Source of the DNA: Octopus sinensis
Taxonomy: Eukaryota
Reading direction: 5' to 3'
DNA: 64,000 nucleotides
NCBI RefSeq assembly: GCF_006345805.1
Contig: NC_043026.1
Location: forward strand, 2,914,001-2,978,000
The notes below the pieces were generated by a model that worked only from the letters and a program-made list of their open reading frames with translations, did no database searches and had not been told where the DNA came from. Positions 41,160 through 55,263 of the stretch are shown one piece after another; position 1 is the stretch's first letter, and each line of letters starts with the position of its first letter. The position numbers and the translations under genes are program-made.

Positions 41160-41758
41160 CACAAAGGCACTTTTACATGGCACCAAAACGGCTGTTTTCA
41201 CATGGTATAACAGGGGCACTTTTATGTGACACCACACAGACACTTTTTCATGACACTCTTTCATGACACTTTTATGTGACACTGTACAGGTACTTTTACA
41301 TGGCACCACATGGCTGCTTTCACATGGTATAACAGGGGCACTTTTATGTGACACCACATTGACACTTTTCATGGCACCACACGGCTGCTTTCACATGGTA
41401 TAACAGGGGCACTTTTATGTGACACCACATAGACACTTTTTCATGGCACTTTTATGTGACACTGTACATGTACTTTTACATGTCACCACATGGCTGCTTT
41501 CACATGGTATAACAGGGGCACTTTTATGTGACACCACATTGACACTTTTCATGGCATCACATGGCTGCTTTCACATGGTATAACAGGGGCACTTTTATGT
41601 GACACCACATTGACACTTTTCATGGCACCACATGGCTGCTTTCACATGGTATAACAGGGGCACTTTTATGTGACACCACATTGACACTTTTTCATGACAC
41701 TTTTTCATGGCACTTTTATGTGACACTGTATAGGTACTTTTACATGTCACCACACAGG
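41160..41758. repeat. Minisatellite of ~68-110 bp units attached to an RTE 3' end
   Basis: Repeated ggctgctttcacatggtataacaggggcacttttatgtgacaccaca. Confidence 0.85.
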
Positions 41759-42038
41759 CATTAAACTTGAACATTTTCAGGACTTGTCATAAACCTCAAC
41801 ATGGAGGATTTCTTAATACTTACATCTCTCTGTCGTTATAAGCACTTTATGTTTTATTCCTGGGTGTTTACAGGGTACCCAACTCTATTTGAACTACAAA
41901 CCTTTATTTCTCTGCTTATTTTTGTCTGTTTTTTTTTTTTACATCTGCACTATATTTGATTACTGTGTCAATGTGGTCACTCATCCTGCCAGAAATAGCT
42001 ACTGAATTTCCTTCAAATTACACCTTAGTGTCTTTGCT

Positions 42039-42120
<82 letters not shown>

Positions 42121-42785
42121 AGTGGCTGTGTGGTAAGTAGCTTGCTAACCAACCACATGGTTCTGGGTTCAGTCCCACTGCGTGGCACCTTGGTCAAGTG
42201 TCTCTACTATAGCCTCGGGCTGACCAAAGCCTTGTGAGTGGATTTGGTAGATGGAAACTGAAAGAAGCCCGTCGTATATATGTATATATATACATGCGTG
42301 TGTGTGCTTGTGTGTCTGTATTTGTCCCCCTAGCATTGCTTGACAACCGATGCTGGTGTGTTTATGACCCCGTTACTTAGCGGTTCGGCAAAAGAGACCG
42401 ATAGAATAAGTCCTGGGGTCGATTTGCTTGATTAAAGGCGGTGCTCCAATGACTAAAACAAGTAAAAGAGTAAAGAGTATATATATACAAACACAAACAC
42501 ATACATATATATAGAAACATGCATACACTCACATGCATACACACACATGTACTCACACACACATATATACATACATACATACATAAATTAGAAAAAAGTA
42601 ATATATATGTGTATGTATATATATATATATATATGTTAGAAGAAATAAGGAACTCAGAAATCTGGATGGTTTTATACACCACTAATCTATGATTTATGAA
42701 AACATGCGACATTAATAAAAATCTGTAAATATAAAACCATCCAGATTTCTTCTAATATATAATACCTGTACACCACCTCCAAACC

Positions 42786-42831
<46 letters not shown>

Positions 42832-44828
42832 GTGAAGGAAGAAATGGAGCTGAACGAAGATTTAACAAAATTCCTTTTTATTTCTTCCTTCACTAAATAT
42901 ATAAAACTTCAAATTTCCGCACTATGGCACGGTTTTTATGCCCCATGGTCGTAAGCACAACCGTGATTTTTCTGTTGTGATTTTTGCTACCCAGGTATCG
43001 GTTATCATTTGAATAATCCGTAACAAGATAATTCATTTATCCATTTCAATATATATATATATGTATATATACAAATTGAGATAGGGGTTGTAAATGCAAA
43101 CCTCCATGGAATAACATATATCCAATATACTGCTAGTGAAGTACCCAACAAAGTTAATACATAAATGTTAATAATTGCGATGCAATCAATTCATTTACTG
43201 CATTATATGGGCAAAGGTAAAATGATTTACCACAAATTACTAATACAAGATAAGAAAATGGAGAAATACATCTAAATCAAATATCAATTACCAGATAATA
43301 CTCAATCACATACTTTATTAAACCACCACATAAGAGACTGTAGGGTTAAATATAAAAAGCAGAACAAATCAGTGTACATAAAGGAATGTACATAAAAAAG
43401 TGTACATAAAAGAGTAATGTTGTATAATAATTAGAATATATATAAAAAAGAGAATATAAATGTAAGTAAATATAAATATATAATTTATACTTATATTTAT
43501 ATTCTTTTTTATATATATTCTACTTATTATACAACATTACTCTTTTATGTACACTTTTTTATGTAAATTCCTTTATGTACACTGATTTGTTCTGCTTTTT
43601 ATATTACATACATACATACATTCATACATACATACATACATACATACATACATTTATACATACATACATGTACACCTGACAGTAAATCAAAATTCCAAGA
43701 TTAAGACAAAAAATGATTTTATATGAGACTTCACTAATAAATAGACAAATGTGGAAAACAAAAAAGCAGTGATTTTATCTGACAGGATTCAAAATTATTA
43801 AACATTCATAATTGGAAGGAATAAATAAAAGTTGATTATTAAGTATTTATGGAATTTTGATTTACTGTCCAGTGACTTCCGGCCAACCCTGTGTGTGTGT
43901 GTGTGTGTGCTATCATACTCTATGTCTCTCTCTCTCTCTATACATGTATGTGTTTGTGTGTGTAAACCAACAAAGAAGAATTCAATTTTGTTGCGACATC
44001 AGAGGCCAAATCTCCATTTTGTGTTGGGCATTATCATCATTATCATCATTATCATCATTATCATCATTATCATCATTATCATCATTATCATTATTATCAT
44101 CATTATCATCATTATCATCATTATCATCATTATCATCATTATCATTATTATCATCATTATCATCATTATGGAGCACTGCCTTTAGTTGAGCAAATCGACC
44201 CCGGGACTTATTCTTTGTAAACCCAGTACTTATTCTATCGGTCTCTTTTGCCGAACCACTAAGTGACGGGGACGTAAACACAGCAGCATCGGTTGTCAAG
44301 CAATGCTAGGGGGACAAACACAAACACACATACATACATACATATATATATATGCATATATATGACAGGCTTCTTTCAGTTTCCGTCTACCAAATCCACT
44401 CACAAGGCATTGGTCGGCCCGGGGCTATAGCAGAAGACACTTGCCCAAGATGCCACGCAGTAGGACTGAACCCGGAACCATGTGGTTGGTTAGCAAGCTA
44501 CTTACCACACAGCCACTCCTGCGCCTATACACAGTATCAGAATGGACTTGAACTCACTGCCTTTATATTTAAACTTAAGTGTACCAGTTAAGTATGCACA
44601 GTTATAATATCTACATCCACCCTATATTCTGATTTCATCATTTTGTTCTAGAATCCATGCGTCTCACTCTTGGGTCTTTATATAGTACCAGACTGAAGTT
44701 CAAACTTTCTTTTAAAACATAGATTATTGTACATTTTACACTTTGACTGGCCAAATACCTGATTGTAATTGTTATCAAATGTTTTTTCTCACCTGTCTGT
44801 TAGGTGGTACAAGAACTTTCACACCACA

Positions 44829-45875
44829 GGATTTGGCAGTCACCATTCCCAAGAAGACAAAAAGTCATGATATTCAAAGCGATGGCTGAAAGTGTACTAT
44901 TTTAGGGATCTGAAACTCGGACCCTGGCAAAAAAGTTGCAGGAACTACAAGATGGATGCTACTCTGACATGCACTGAAATATTGAGTGGCAACAGAGGGT
45001 GACCAATAAAGACCTCTACAGGGACTCAGACAGGATCTTCTGCATACAAAATTCAATCATAAGGCCTGAGGCTATAGCAGAAAACACTTGACCAAGGTGC
45101 CATGCAGTGGGATTGAACCTGAAACCATGTGGTTGAGCAAGCTTCTTACCACACAGCCATACCTGCACCTTGTTTATAAATATGTATGTATATAAATACA
45201 TACATGATAGGCTTCTTTCAATTTCTGCATACCAAATTCAAAACAAGGCTTTGGTCAAGCTGCCATGCAGTGGGACTGAACCCCAAACCATGTGATTGGG
45301 AAGCAAGCTTCTTACCACACATCCATGCTGATTCCTATCTCTTAATAGGTACAGGGTACCAGACACAAATTGAACTAGGGATCTTTATTTCTAAAATGCT
45401 AGTCTACCTCTTAGATTGAGTTTCTTTCATCTGCACAGGCATTCTTGCAAGAGTCTCTGCCTTCCATTGCTGACTTGAACTTGGAAACCGATGAGCCAGT
45501 GTCGCCCCTTGGTCTGTTAACATATGTTGTGGCCAGTCAGTCTCTGCTTCTTTGGTCATGTGTTGGTAACCAGAGTAACACATCCCTGATGCATTCGCTT
45601 CTGGCCTGGTAGCAGTGCCCAGCAAAACACAGTCTTCCAGCTCTGACCACCTTTGCTATCAGGGGAAAGTCTCCTATAGAGGTCTTTACTGGTCACCCTC
45701 TGTTGCCACTCAATATTTTCGTACACGTCAGAGTTAGTGGGTGTAGCATCTGTCTAGAAGTTCCTGCAACATTTTTGTTAGGGTCCAACTTTCAGATCCC
45801 TAAAATAGCACACTTTCAGTTGTTGCTTTGAGGAAGATGACTTTTTGTCTTCTTGGGAGCAATAACTGCCAGATC
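44829..45875. mobile_element. Two inverted decayed copies of an RTE-like LINE segment (44829-45025 +, 45440-45875 -)
   Basis: tattttagggatctgaaa...gagtggcaacagagggtgacca and its reverse complement; the - copy translates YGDFPLIAKVVRAGRLCFAGHCYQA. Confidence 0.75.
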
Positions 45876-46322
45876 CTGTCTCTCAGTTTAGGGTCTTTCT
45901 TGTCATGAGTTCTCTCCCTGATAATGATAACCCTGCAGCAAGGTATTCTTATTCACTGGGCTACTGACAAGGTAATGACAATGCCAAGTCCCTAAACCCC
46001 TTGGCTGTCATTGGGGTGAGAAAGCCTGGCAGAGCCCATCCCTCTCCCCGGGCTAAACTCATATCTACAGTTGCGTGGCCTGGAGCAATGTGAAATGAAG
46101 TGTTTTGCTCAAGAGCACAATGGCTCACCCAGTCCAGGGATGGAAACCACAATCTTACGGTCGTGAATCCAACACCCTAACCACTAAGCCACTGAAGGAC
46201 ATTCTTATCTTCTTAACAATTCATCTCAAGGCTAAATCTAAATAAATGATGAGAAGGCCACAGCCAAGGCGAGCCTGATGAGGAGGTCAAACAACAATGG
46301 TAATCATACTGCTTTAGTTTAC

Positions 46323-46412
46323 CTGTTTCTGCTGAATTCGTCCTCACAGTCACAGAACAATCTTCTAAAGGTTTCTTCCATCTAAAGTTCCCTTTGTAGT
46401 TGAAATGCCTCT
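46323..46412 (-). CDS. 90-nt internal exon of the RAD51AP2-like gene
   Basis: Strong acceptor ttatttttactatcttcttactttttag and donor CAG|GTAAAC. Phase 1-1, open frame (K)RHFNYKGNFRWKKPLEDCSVTVRTNSAET. Confidence 0.65.
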
Positions 46413-46524
46413 CTAAAAAGTAAGAAGATAGTAAAAATAAGAAGGGGAAGGGTAAAATTTCAAATTTTAGCACAAGGCCTGCAATTTCGAGGAACACACA
46501 CACACAGAGATTCACTCACACCTA

Positions 46525-47418
46525 TACAAGTTCTGAACAATAAGTATCCAGACCGTTGCCATAGAAATTAATGCTACCTGGTACAGATTGACCTTGACCT
46601 CTGCTGTGCATGTGAACTAAGTTTTAAGGTTCTAGCTCACTTCTACCGTTTACAGCAGTGCTTGGAAGGAAGGTGTGTAGTGTGTGATCATTGCATTGAC
46701 CATGACAGAGAAAGTTGTCATGGTGATACCTGCTCAGAGGCCTTACACAAAGTTGCAGAAAGTGTATGGAGAGGAGTGTATGAAGGAAACACAGGTCTAC
46801 AAGTGGTTGAAACATTTCCAAGATGGCTGAAAAAATGTCCTTATTGACGAGCATTCTGGGAGACCCGCAACCAGTCGAACAGAGAAAAACATGACAGTGT
46901 ATGCAGCTGAGGAGGGAAGCCATCGAATCACCATCCAGAGTTATCAGAGGATGTGCGGATTAGTTCTGGTTCAGTTCAGTCCTTTATCACTGAAGATTTG
47001 GGTATGAGGTGCATGTCTACTAAAGTTCTGCCAAAACTGCTTTCAATTGACAAAAAAAAAAAAAACCACACAGGTTTCAGTTGCAGATCTTCTTCATTGT
47101 GTCGGAAACAATAAGACCTTTTTGAAAACTTTGTGCATGCCCCTGAGCAGGGATCGCTAAGCTTTTGGCAAAATTTGATGCAGATTCTCTGCCCAACTTT
47201 CTCTGTTGTGGTCGTTGCAACAATCACACGCTACACACCGTCCTTCCAAGCACTGCTATAAACAGCGGAAGTGAGCTAGAACGTTAAAACTTAGTGTGCA
47301 AGCACAGCAGAGTTCAAGGTCAATATGTACCAAGTGGCTTTAGCTTCGTGTGCTTCTGTGTGCTTTAGCTTCGTTACTATGACAACATGTTCGAATACTT
47401 ATTGATCAGACCAATGTA
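46525..47418. mobile_element. Mariner-derived fold-back element made of two inverted 5' ends
   Basis: TA-flanked TIRs tctga(a/t)caataagtat. N-terminal HTH remnants: KLQKVYGEECM...VYKWLKHFQDG...DEHSGRP (+) and QRICIKFCQKL (-). Confidence 0.8.
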
Positions 47419-47606
47419 TAAGGAGAGAAAAGAACATGGGCTTGAACTTGGTATTCCCTTAAAGGAACAGACACAGGAGTGGCTGGTAGGTAAGGTCTTG
47501 GCCGTGTGGTAAGGGCTTTGCTTCCCAACCACATAATTCCAGTTTCAAATCAGAGCTGAATGGATTTGGTAGACGGAAACTTAAAGAAGCCTGTCATGTG
47601 TGTGTG

Positions 47607-47648
<42 letters not shown>

Positions 47649-47689
47649 CAATTATATATATACATATATATATACATATATACATATAT

Positions 47690-47720
<31 letters not shown>

Positions 47721-47769
47721 TCTATATATATATATATATATATACATATATATACATATATATATATAC

Positions 47770-47836
<67 letters not shown>

Positions 47837-47837
47837 C

Positions 47838-47933
<96 letters not shown>

Positions 47934-48504
47934 TTTTATTTATTTTATTTTTATTTATCTAGTTTCAGCTCACAAGCTGTGGCCATGCTGGGGCACCGCC
48001 ATTTGGTGTTGCTACATGATTTTACTTCACGAATGCTTTTTAGCAATTGCCATTTGGTGCATGAGAGAGTTCGATGCAGCTGCCCTCATCTGCACCTCCT
48101 GCCGTGAAGTTGGTTCATCTGGGATATATATATATATAATAAAATATTAGGGAATAAATCCAAACTTACAGGGAAAAATCAGATTTAGGATTAAATCCAA
48201 TTTTATAGTAAAATATTATATTATATTAAATTAGAGATAAAAACATTATTAGGCAAATCAAACAATGAAAAACTTAAGCCAATACATAAAATTAATTAAT
48301 TTATATTATTTTAAATATATATCAAAAGTATTAAAATAAAAGATAATGATATATATTTAAAATAATATAAATTAATTAATTTTATGTATTGGCTTAAGTT
48401 TTTCATTGTTTGATTTACCTAATAGTGGATTTATCTCTAATTTAATATAATATATATATATATATATTATATATATATATATATAAATGTATATATATAT
48501 ATAC

Positions 48505-48539
<35 letters not shown>

Positions 48540-48547
<8 letters not shown>

Positions 48548-49617
48548 TGTGTGTGTGTGTGTGTTTTTGTGGTTGTCCTCCCAGCCTTATTACTTGACAA
48601 CCAGTTTGGTTGGTTTACATACTCGTAACTCAATGGTTCGACAAAAAATTTTTTTTAAAAAACTAACAGAATGAGTACCAGGCTTAGAAAAAGTAAGCCG
48701 TGCGGTCGATTTGTTGGACTCGAACCCATCAAGACAGTGGCCAGCATGACCCGCAGTCTAAAGACCGAAACAAGTAAGATATGTACAAGGGAGGTAACAA
48801 CATAAGCCCAATAATAATAATGTCGAGTATGACTTGGTTATTGAAGGGTCGCCTCCCTTGTTAGCTTCAGTAAAATATTTTATGTAAATATGTATATTTT
48901 TTTGTTTTACTCGTTTAATTAGCGATAGGAGGATAACACCGCCTCTTTTTTTTACTAATTAAAAATTTTTTTTGAGTCTGAGGGAGTGGCGAAAAGAATG
49001 GTGGCACAAAACGATTTCCACTAAAGTCAGCCAAGGGTAAAATAGTATTTGTTAAACCAGGTAAGGAATTTGAAAAACTCAGAAACCACAAAGTACCGAG
49101 TTTAATATGTGGCGCCACGTATTGAGTCCACCTTCCGGGACTGGTGGTTTCTCATCAGTTCTGAAAGATAAAGTTGACTTTAGCGAGATTTGAACTCAGT
49201 GCACAGAGATCCAGGCGATTTGTCCTAATGACTCCGCTAATTCGTTAGTTGCTTAGCAACAGAATTAATTTAAGATTGTTGATAAAAACGAAACAGTTTT
49301 CACGTGAAAAGTCGTCATAGCTATTAAAACACACACACACACACACACGCGCGTGCACATACATACACATACACAAACACACATACATACATACATACAT
49401 ACACATACATGCATGCATACATGCATGAATACATACATACATACATACAATACATACATACATATACATACATACATACACACACACATACACACACATA
49501 CATACATACAACATACATACATACATACATACATACACACAACATACATACATACATTACATACATACATACATACACATACATACATACAACATACATA
49601 CACAACACATACATACA

Positions 49618-49651
<34 letters not shown>

Positions 49652-49969
49652 CATACATACATACATATATACATACATACATACATACTACATACATACA
49701 TACATACACACACATACATACACATACATACATATAGACATACATACATACATACATACATACATACATACAACATACATACACAACACATACATACATA
49801 CATACATACATACATACATACATACATACATCCATACATACATACATACACACACATACACACACATACAACATACATACATACATGCATACATACACAC
49901 ACCACACACATACATACATACATAATACATACATACATACATACATACATAATACATACATACATACCT

Positions 49970-50000
<31 letters not shown>

Positions 50001-50371
50001 TACATACACCACATACATACATACATACATACATACATACATACATTCATACATACACACATACATACATACATACATACATGCATACATACATACAACA
50101 TACATACACACACACACATACATACATAATACATACATACATACATACATACATACATACGCGAAAGAGTACAGCAGGATTCGCCACCACCCCCTGCTGA
50201 AGCCACGTGGAACTTTAGATTTTTTGCTCTATAAACACTTGCCTGGTCTGGGAATCGATACCGCGATCCTACGACTGCGAGTCCGCTGCCCTAACCACTG
50301 CACCATTGCACCTCCCCCACACACACGCACTGACAGGGAAGTTAACCGCCCCATGACCGTCTTTGGAAAAT

Positions 50372-50441
<70 letters not shown>

Positions 50442-51507
50442 TGTGTGTGTGTGTGTGTTTTTGTGGTTGTCCTCCCAGCCTTATTACTTGACAACCAGTT
50501 TGGTTGGTTTACATACTCGTAACTCAATGGTTCGACAAAAAATTTTTTTTAAAAAACTAACAGAATGAGTACCAGGCTTAGAAAAAGTAAGCCTTGCGGT
50601 CGATTTGTTGGACTCGAACCATCAAGACAGTGGCCAGCATGACCCGCAGTCTAAAGACCGAAACAAGTAAGATATGTACAAGGGAGGTAACAACATAAGC
50701 CCAATAATAATAATGTCGAGTATGACTGGTTATTGAAGGGTTGCCTCCCTTGTTAGCTTCAGTAAAATATTTTATGTAAATATGTATATTTTTTTGTTTT
50801 ACTCGTTTAATTAGCGATAGGAGGATAACACCGCCTCTTTTTTTACTAATTAAAATTTTTTTTGAGTCTGAGAGAGTGGCGAAAAGAATGGTGGCACAAA
50901 ACGATTTCCACTAAAGTCAGCCAAGAGTAAAATAGTATTTGTTAAACCAGGTAAGGAATTTGAAAAACTCAGAAACCACAAAGTACCGAGTTTAATATGT
51001 GGCCCCACGTATTGAGTCCACCTTCCGGGACTGGTGGTTTCTCATCTGTTCTGAAAGATAAAGTTGACTTTAGCGAGATTTGAACTCAGTGCACAGAGAT
51101 CCAGGCGATTTGTCCTAATGACTCCGCTAATTCGTTAGTTGCTTAGCAACAGAATTAATTTAAGATTGTTGATAAAAACGAAACAGTTTTCACGTGGAAA
51201 AGTCGTCATAACTATTAAAACACACACACACACACACGCGCGTGCACATACATACACATACACAAACACACATACATACATACATACATACACACATACA
51301 TGCATGCATACATGCATGAATACATACATACATATACATACATACATACATATACATACATACATACACACACACATACATACACACTACATACATACAT
51401 ACATACATACATACATACATACATACACACACACATACATACACACATACATACATACATACATACATATATACAAACATACATACATACACACACACAT
51501 ACATACA

Positions 51508-51541
<34 letters not shown>

Positions 51542-51857
51542 CATACATACATACATATATACATACATACATACCTACCTACATACATACATACATACAC
51601 ACATACATACACACATACATACATATAGACATACATACATACATACATACATACATACATACATACATACATACACACACACATACATACATACATACAT
51701 ACATACATACACCACACATACATACATACATACATACATACACACACATACACACACATACATACATACATACATACATGCATACATACACACACACACA
51801 TACATACATACATACATACATACATACATACATACACACATACATACATACATACAT

Positions 51858-51888
<31 letters not shown>

Positions 51889-52260
51889 TACATACACACA
51901 TACATACATACATACATACATACATACATACATTCATACATACACACATACATACATACATACATACATGCATGCATGCATACATACATACATACACACA
52001 CACGCACACATACATACATACATACATACATACATACATACATACATACGCGAAAGAGTACAGCAGGATTCGCCACCACCCCCTGCTGAAGCCACGTGGA
52101 ACTTTAGATTTTTTGCTCTATAAACACTTGCCTGGTCTGGGAATCGATACCGCGATCCTACAACTGCGAGTCCGCTGCCCTAACCACTGCACCATTGCAC
52201 CTCCCCCACACACACGCACTGACAGGGAAGTTAACCGCCCCATGACCGTCTTTGGAAAAT

Positions 52261-52310
<50 letters not shown>
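48540..52310. repeat. Direct tandem duplication of a ~1.9-kb unit (SINE, unique sequence, (CATA)n, SINE head, (TA)n)
   Basis: 48541-50430 and 50433-52310 are near-identical outside the microsatellites. Confidence 0.92.
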
Positions 52311-52324
<14 letters not shown>

Positions 52325-52885
52325 AAAAAAGGAGATGTGGAACACGAGTTGTGATATATAAAAAAAGGAAATGAAGAAAATGCTGACAAAATAATTTAAG
52401 TAAGGGAGAGTGTATTTAATTAGGTGAAAGTTCTTTTTTTAAACAAAAAAAGAGAAAAATTGGGTTAGAATACAATGTACATTTTTACCGGTTGCGCATT
52501 TGTTATGCTTATCAAAAGATATTTTGAGTGAGATAGAGTTCCTTTCTGATTGATTTTTTTCTCTTATCTGACTTATCTTATCAAAAGTCAGATAAGAGAA
52601 AAAAATCAATCAGAAAGGAACTCTATCTCACTCAAAATATCTTTTGATAAGCATAACAAATGCGCAACCGGTAAAAATGTACATTGTATTCTAACCCAAT
52701 TTTTCTCTTTTTTTTGTTTAAAGAAAAGAACTTTCACCTAATTAAATACACTCTCCCTTACTTAAATTATTTTGTCAGCATTTTCTTCATTTCCTTTTTA
52801 TATATATATATATATATGTACATTCCAAAGACGGTCATGGGGCGGATAGCTTCCCTGTCAGTGCGTGTGTGTGGGGAGGTGCAAT
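52193..52885. repeat. Large interrupted palindrome
   Basis: Inner arms about 52355-52573 and 52585-52805; outer arms about 52193-52258 and 52823-52885. Confidence 0.9.
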
Positions 52886-53794
52886 ATACATATACATACT
52901 AGCTAACGTACCCGGGAATTCTCGGGAAAGCAGGGCTTATCTCTTAGTTCCGTTCTCATAACTGTTTCGCTAATCCAATAACAACAATACAAAGTATGTA
53001 GCCCTTAAAATGGCTTTTGTGCATTTACAGAGAATACCGAACTGTCTTACACAGGACCTTGCTTTTAGGAATTCCTAATAAGTTATGAATATGCAAATTG
53101 TGAAGTCAGTTATATAATAACATGAAATTAGTTACCTTATAATAAGAATTATAACATGAAATTAGTTACCTTATAGTAAGAATTCAAGTATTGTTGACCC
53201 AGAAAGGGCTATATACAAGAAAGGACTTTAACTTAGGGGGAAATACCAATAAGGTATGTATACTAAAATCTTGAGGCATGTTATGTAATAACAGGCTAAT
53301 CAGATATGAGATAATAACAATTCATAGTAAATAACTCTGAAAAGAGCTTTTGTGCATTCGCAGATAATATTACCCTCAGCAGCGCTAGTGTTGGTATATT
53401 CGTGAATAAGTCACTAACTGAAATGAGTGGATCTATTGTTAAGAAAACTACTATTTACTTGTTTAAGGGTTGTACTGGAGAAATTGTGAAAATAACTCTC
53501 ACATTTCAAATACTAAGAAATAAAGTATACACAATTTGATTTATATCAAATGATTTCGGAAAAATGAATGGGTTATTTCCCTTGGCTGTTAAAATGAAAT
53601 ACATTAGATATATATAAGGATACCTTCCAGGGGCCTTAGCAACGATTTATTTTCAACAATCTGAGTATGCCATGAGGTTTCCAGGCATGAGTTCTATTCA
53701 CGTGTCAAGTTTCATCAAAATTTCCCACATATGTAGTGTGTGTGTGTGGGGGGGTGTATAAAAGTTAGCTAGGCATCTAGCTAGCTAGGCATCT

Positions 53795-53891
53795 AGCTAG
53801 CTAGACAGACAGACAGACAGACAGATAGACTGACTGACAGACAGAAAGACAGACAGACTGACTGACAGACAGACAGACAGACAGACAGACT

Positions 53892-53926
<35 letters not shown>

Positions 53927-53946
53927 TGACTGACAGACAGACAGAC

Positions 53947-53980
<34 letters not shown>

Positions 53981-54041
53981 TAGATATATAGATAGATAGA
54001 TAGATAGATAGATCGATAGATAGATAGATAGATAGATAGAT

Positions 54042-54095
<54 letters not shown>

Positions 54096-54103
54096 AAGAT
54101 AGA
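53795..54103. repeat. (GACA)n-(GATA)n microsatellite
   Basis: Direct inspection. Confidence 0.92.
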
Positions 54104-54129
54104 TCTCGATTATACCTGAAGCATCCGGC

Positions 54130-54560
54130 AATCCACTGCAACACCTGTAACCAGGTCCAGCATGTCACCAATGCCAAGGGTGCCGCTGATGAAGGCGGAT
54201 GACCGAGTGCTTGGTTCTGATGATCGCAATACATGATCCACCCTAAACAATATCACCTGAAGGCCATTTGTGAATTCCGTTTTCGAGACGAGCTCAAGGC
54301 CACTCTCTTCCGTTGCTCCATTAGTCCAAATACCTGGGAGACACTCGCCAAGTGACCGCCAAAACAGCGGCATGACATCGTGAAGGGAACGGACAAGATG
54401 GAATATAACAGACGAGAGGAAGAAATAGGATGTCGAAGGCGCAAAGAGCGATTCGCACTTCCTCTCCCAACCAACCCTCCCCTGCAATATATGCCGCCCC
54501 CCGGCTCTTCTATACAACACTTGGCCTTAACAGCCTCCTCAGGCACCGGCACTCTTCGCA
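54130..54560 (+). mobile_element. Decayed RTE/BovB-like LINE 3' coding end
   Basis: FRDELKATLFRCSISPNTWETLA...RRRKER...CNIC...GLNSLLRH resembles the RTE C-terminus with its C2H2-like finger. Confidence 0.6.
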
Positions 54561-55263
54561 CCCTTCAGGATGAAGAGGTTTAATCACTCGCTACAGATTA
54601 GTTACTCGGACACGAGTTAATACTCCCGTCGTCGCTGCTATAAGCGTCATCGTTGACCACACACACACACACACACACACACACGAATTTCTCTTCTAAA
54701 ATCAATGAAGAAGAAACTATTTACAGACGTGGCTGTGTGGTTAGAAGTTTGCTTTTCAATCTTGTGGTCATTGGGTTCAGTGCTACTGCGCAGCGCCTTC
54801 GGCGAGTGTGTTCTAGTATAGCTCAGGGCCGACTGAAGCTTTGTGAGAAGATGTGCTAAGCGGAAACTGAAAGAAGCCCGTCGTCTGTCGGGCAGTGTTG
54901 GCGAAGAAAAGATAAAATTGGACGTTAATTATGACTATAGGGACGAGTATGTGACAGAAAAAGAAACATTGTCTAGCGTATGTGCAGCATCTGTTGTAGG
55001 ATACAAAGCTTTTAAAAATGAGTTCCAGATATAATGGATCGCAGGGAAACGTGGAGGGATTCAAATGCGCTTGACATGACAAGAACAACAACAACAATAT
55101 TTTGCTTTTCAAATTTTGGTGTCAGGCCAGCATTAGAGGAGAGGGGAGTAAATCGATTATATCGACTCCAGTGCTCAAATGGTACTTACATTATCGACCC
55201 CGAAAGGGTGAAAGGCGGAATTTGAACTCAGAACGTAAAGACAGCCAAAATAATAATACTTAC

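Noticed and set aside
41160-41758. CRISPR-like regular repeats (also 17548-18020 and 23325-23690)
   Set aside because: No unique spacers, no cas genes, eukaryotic context; these are ordinary tandem repeats.
45404-45690. Candidate exon or ORF on the - strand
   Set aside because: Another frame matches the LINE family at 11137-11540 (FAGHC motif) and contains stops.
50240-50312. tRNA-like sequence on the - strand (also about 52130-52200 and other SINE heads)
   Set aside because: A and B boxes are present but the acceptor stem does not pair and it continues into a SINE body; a tRNA-derived SINE head, not a tRNA gene.
54110-54660. Candidate next exon of the giant gene
   Set aside because: The phase-1 acceptors examined on the - strand run into early stops, and the + strand reads as a decayed RTE C-terminus.
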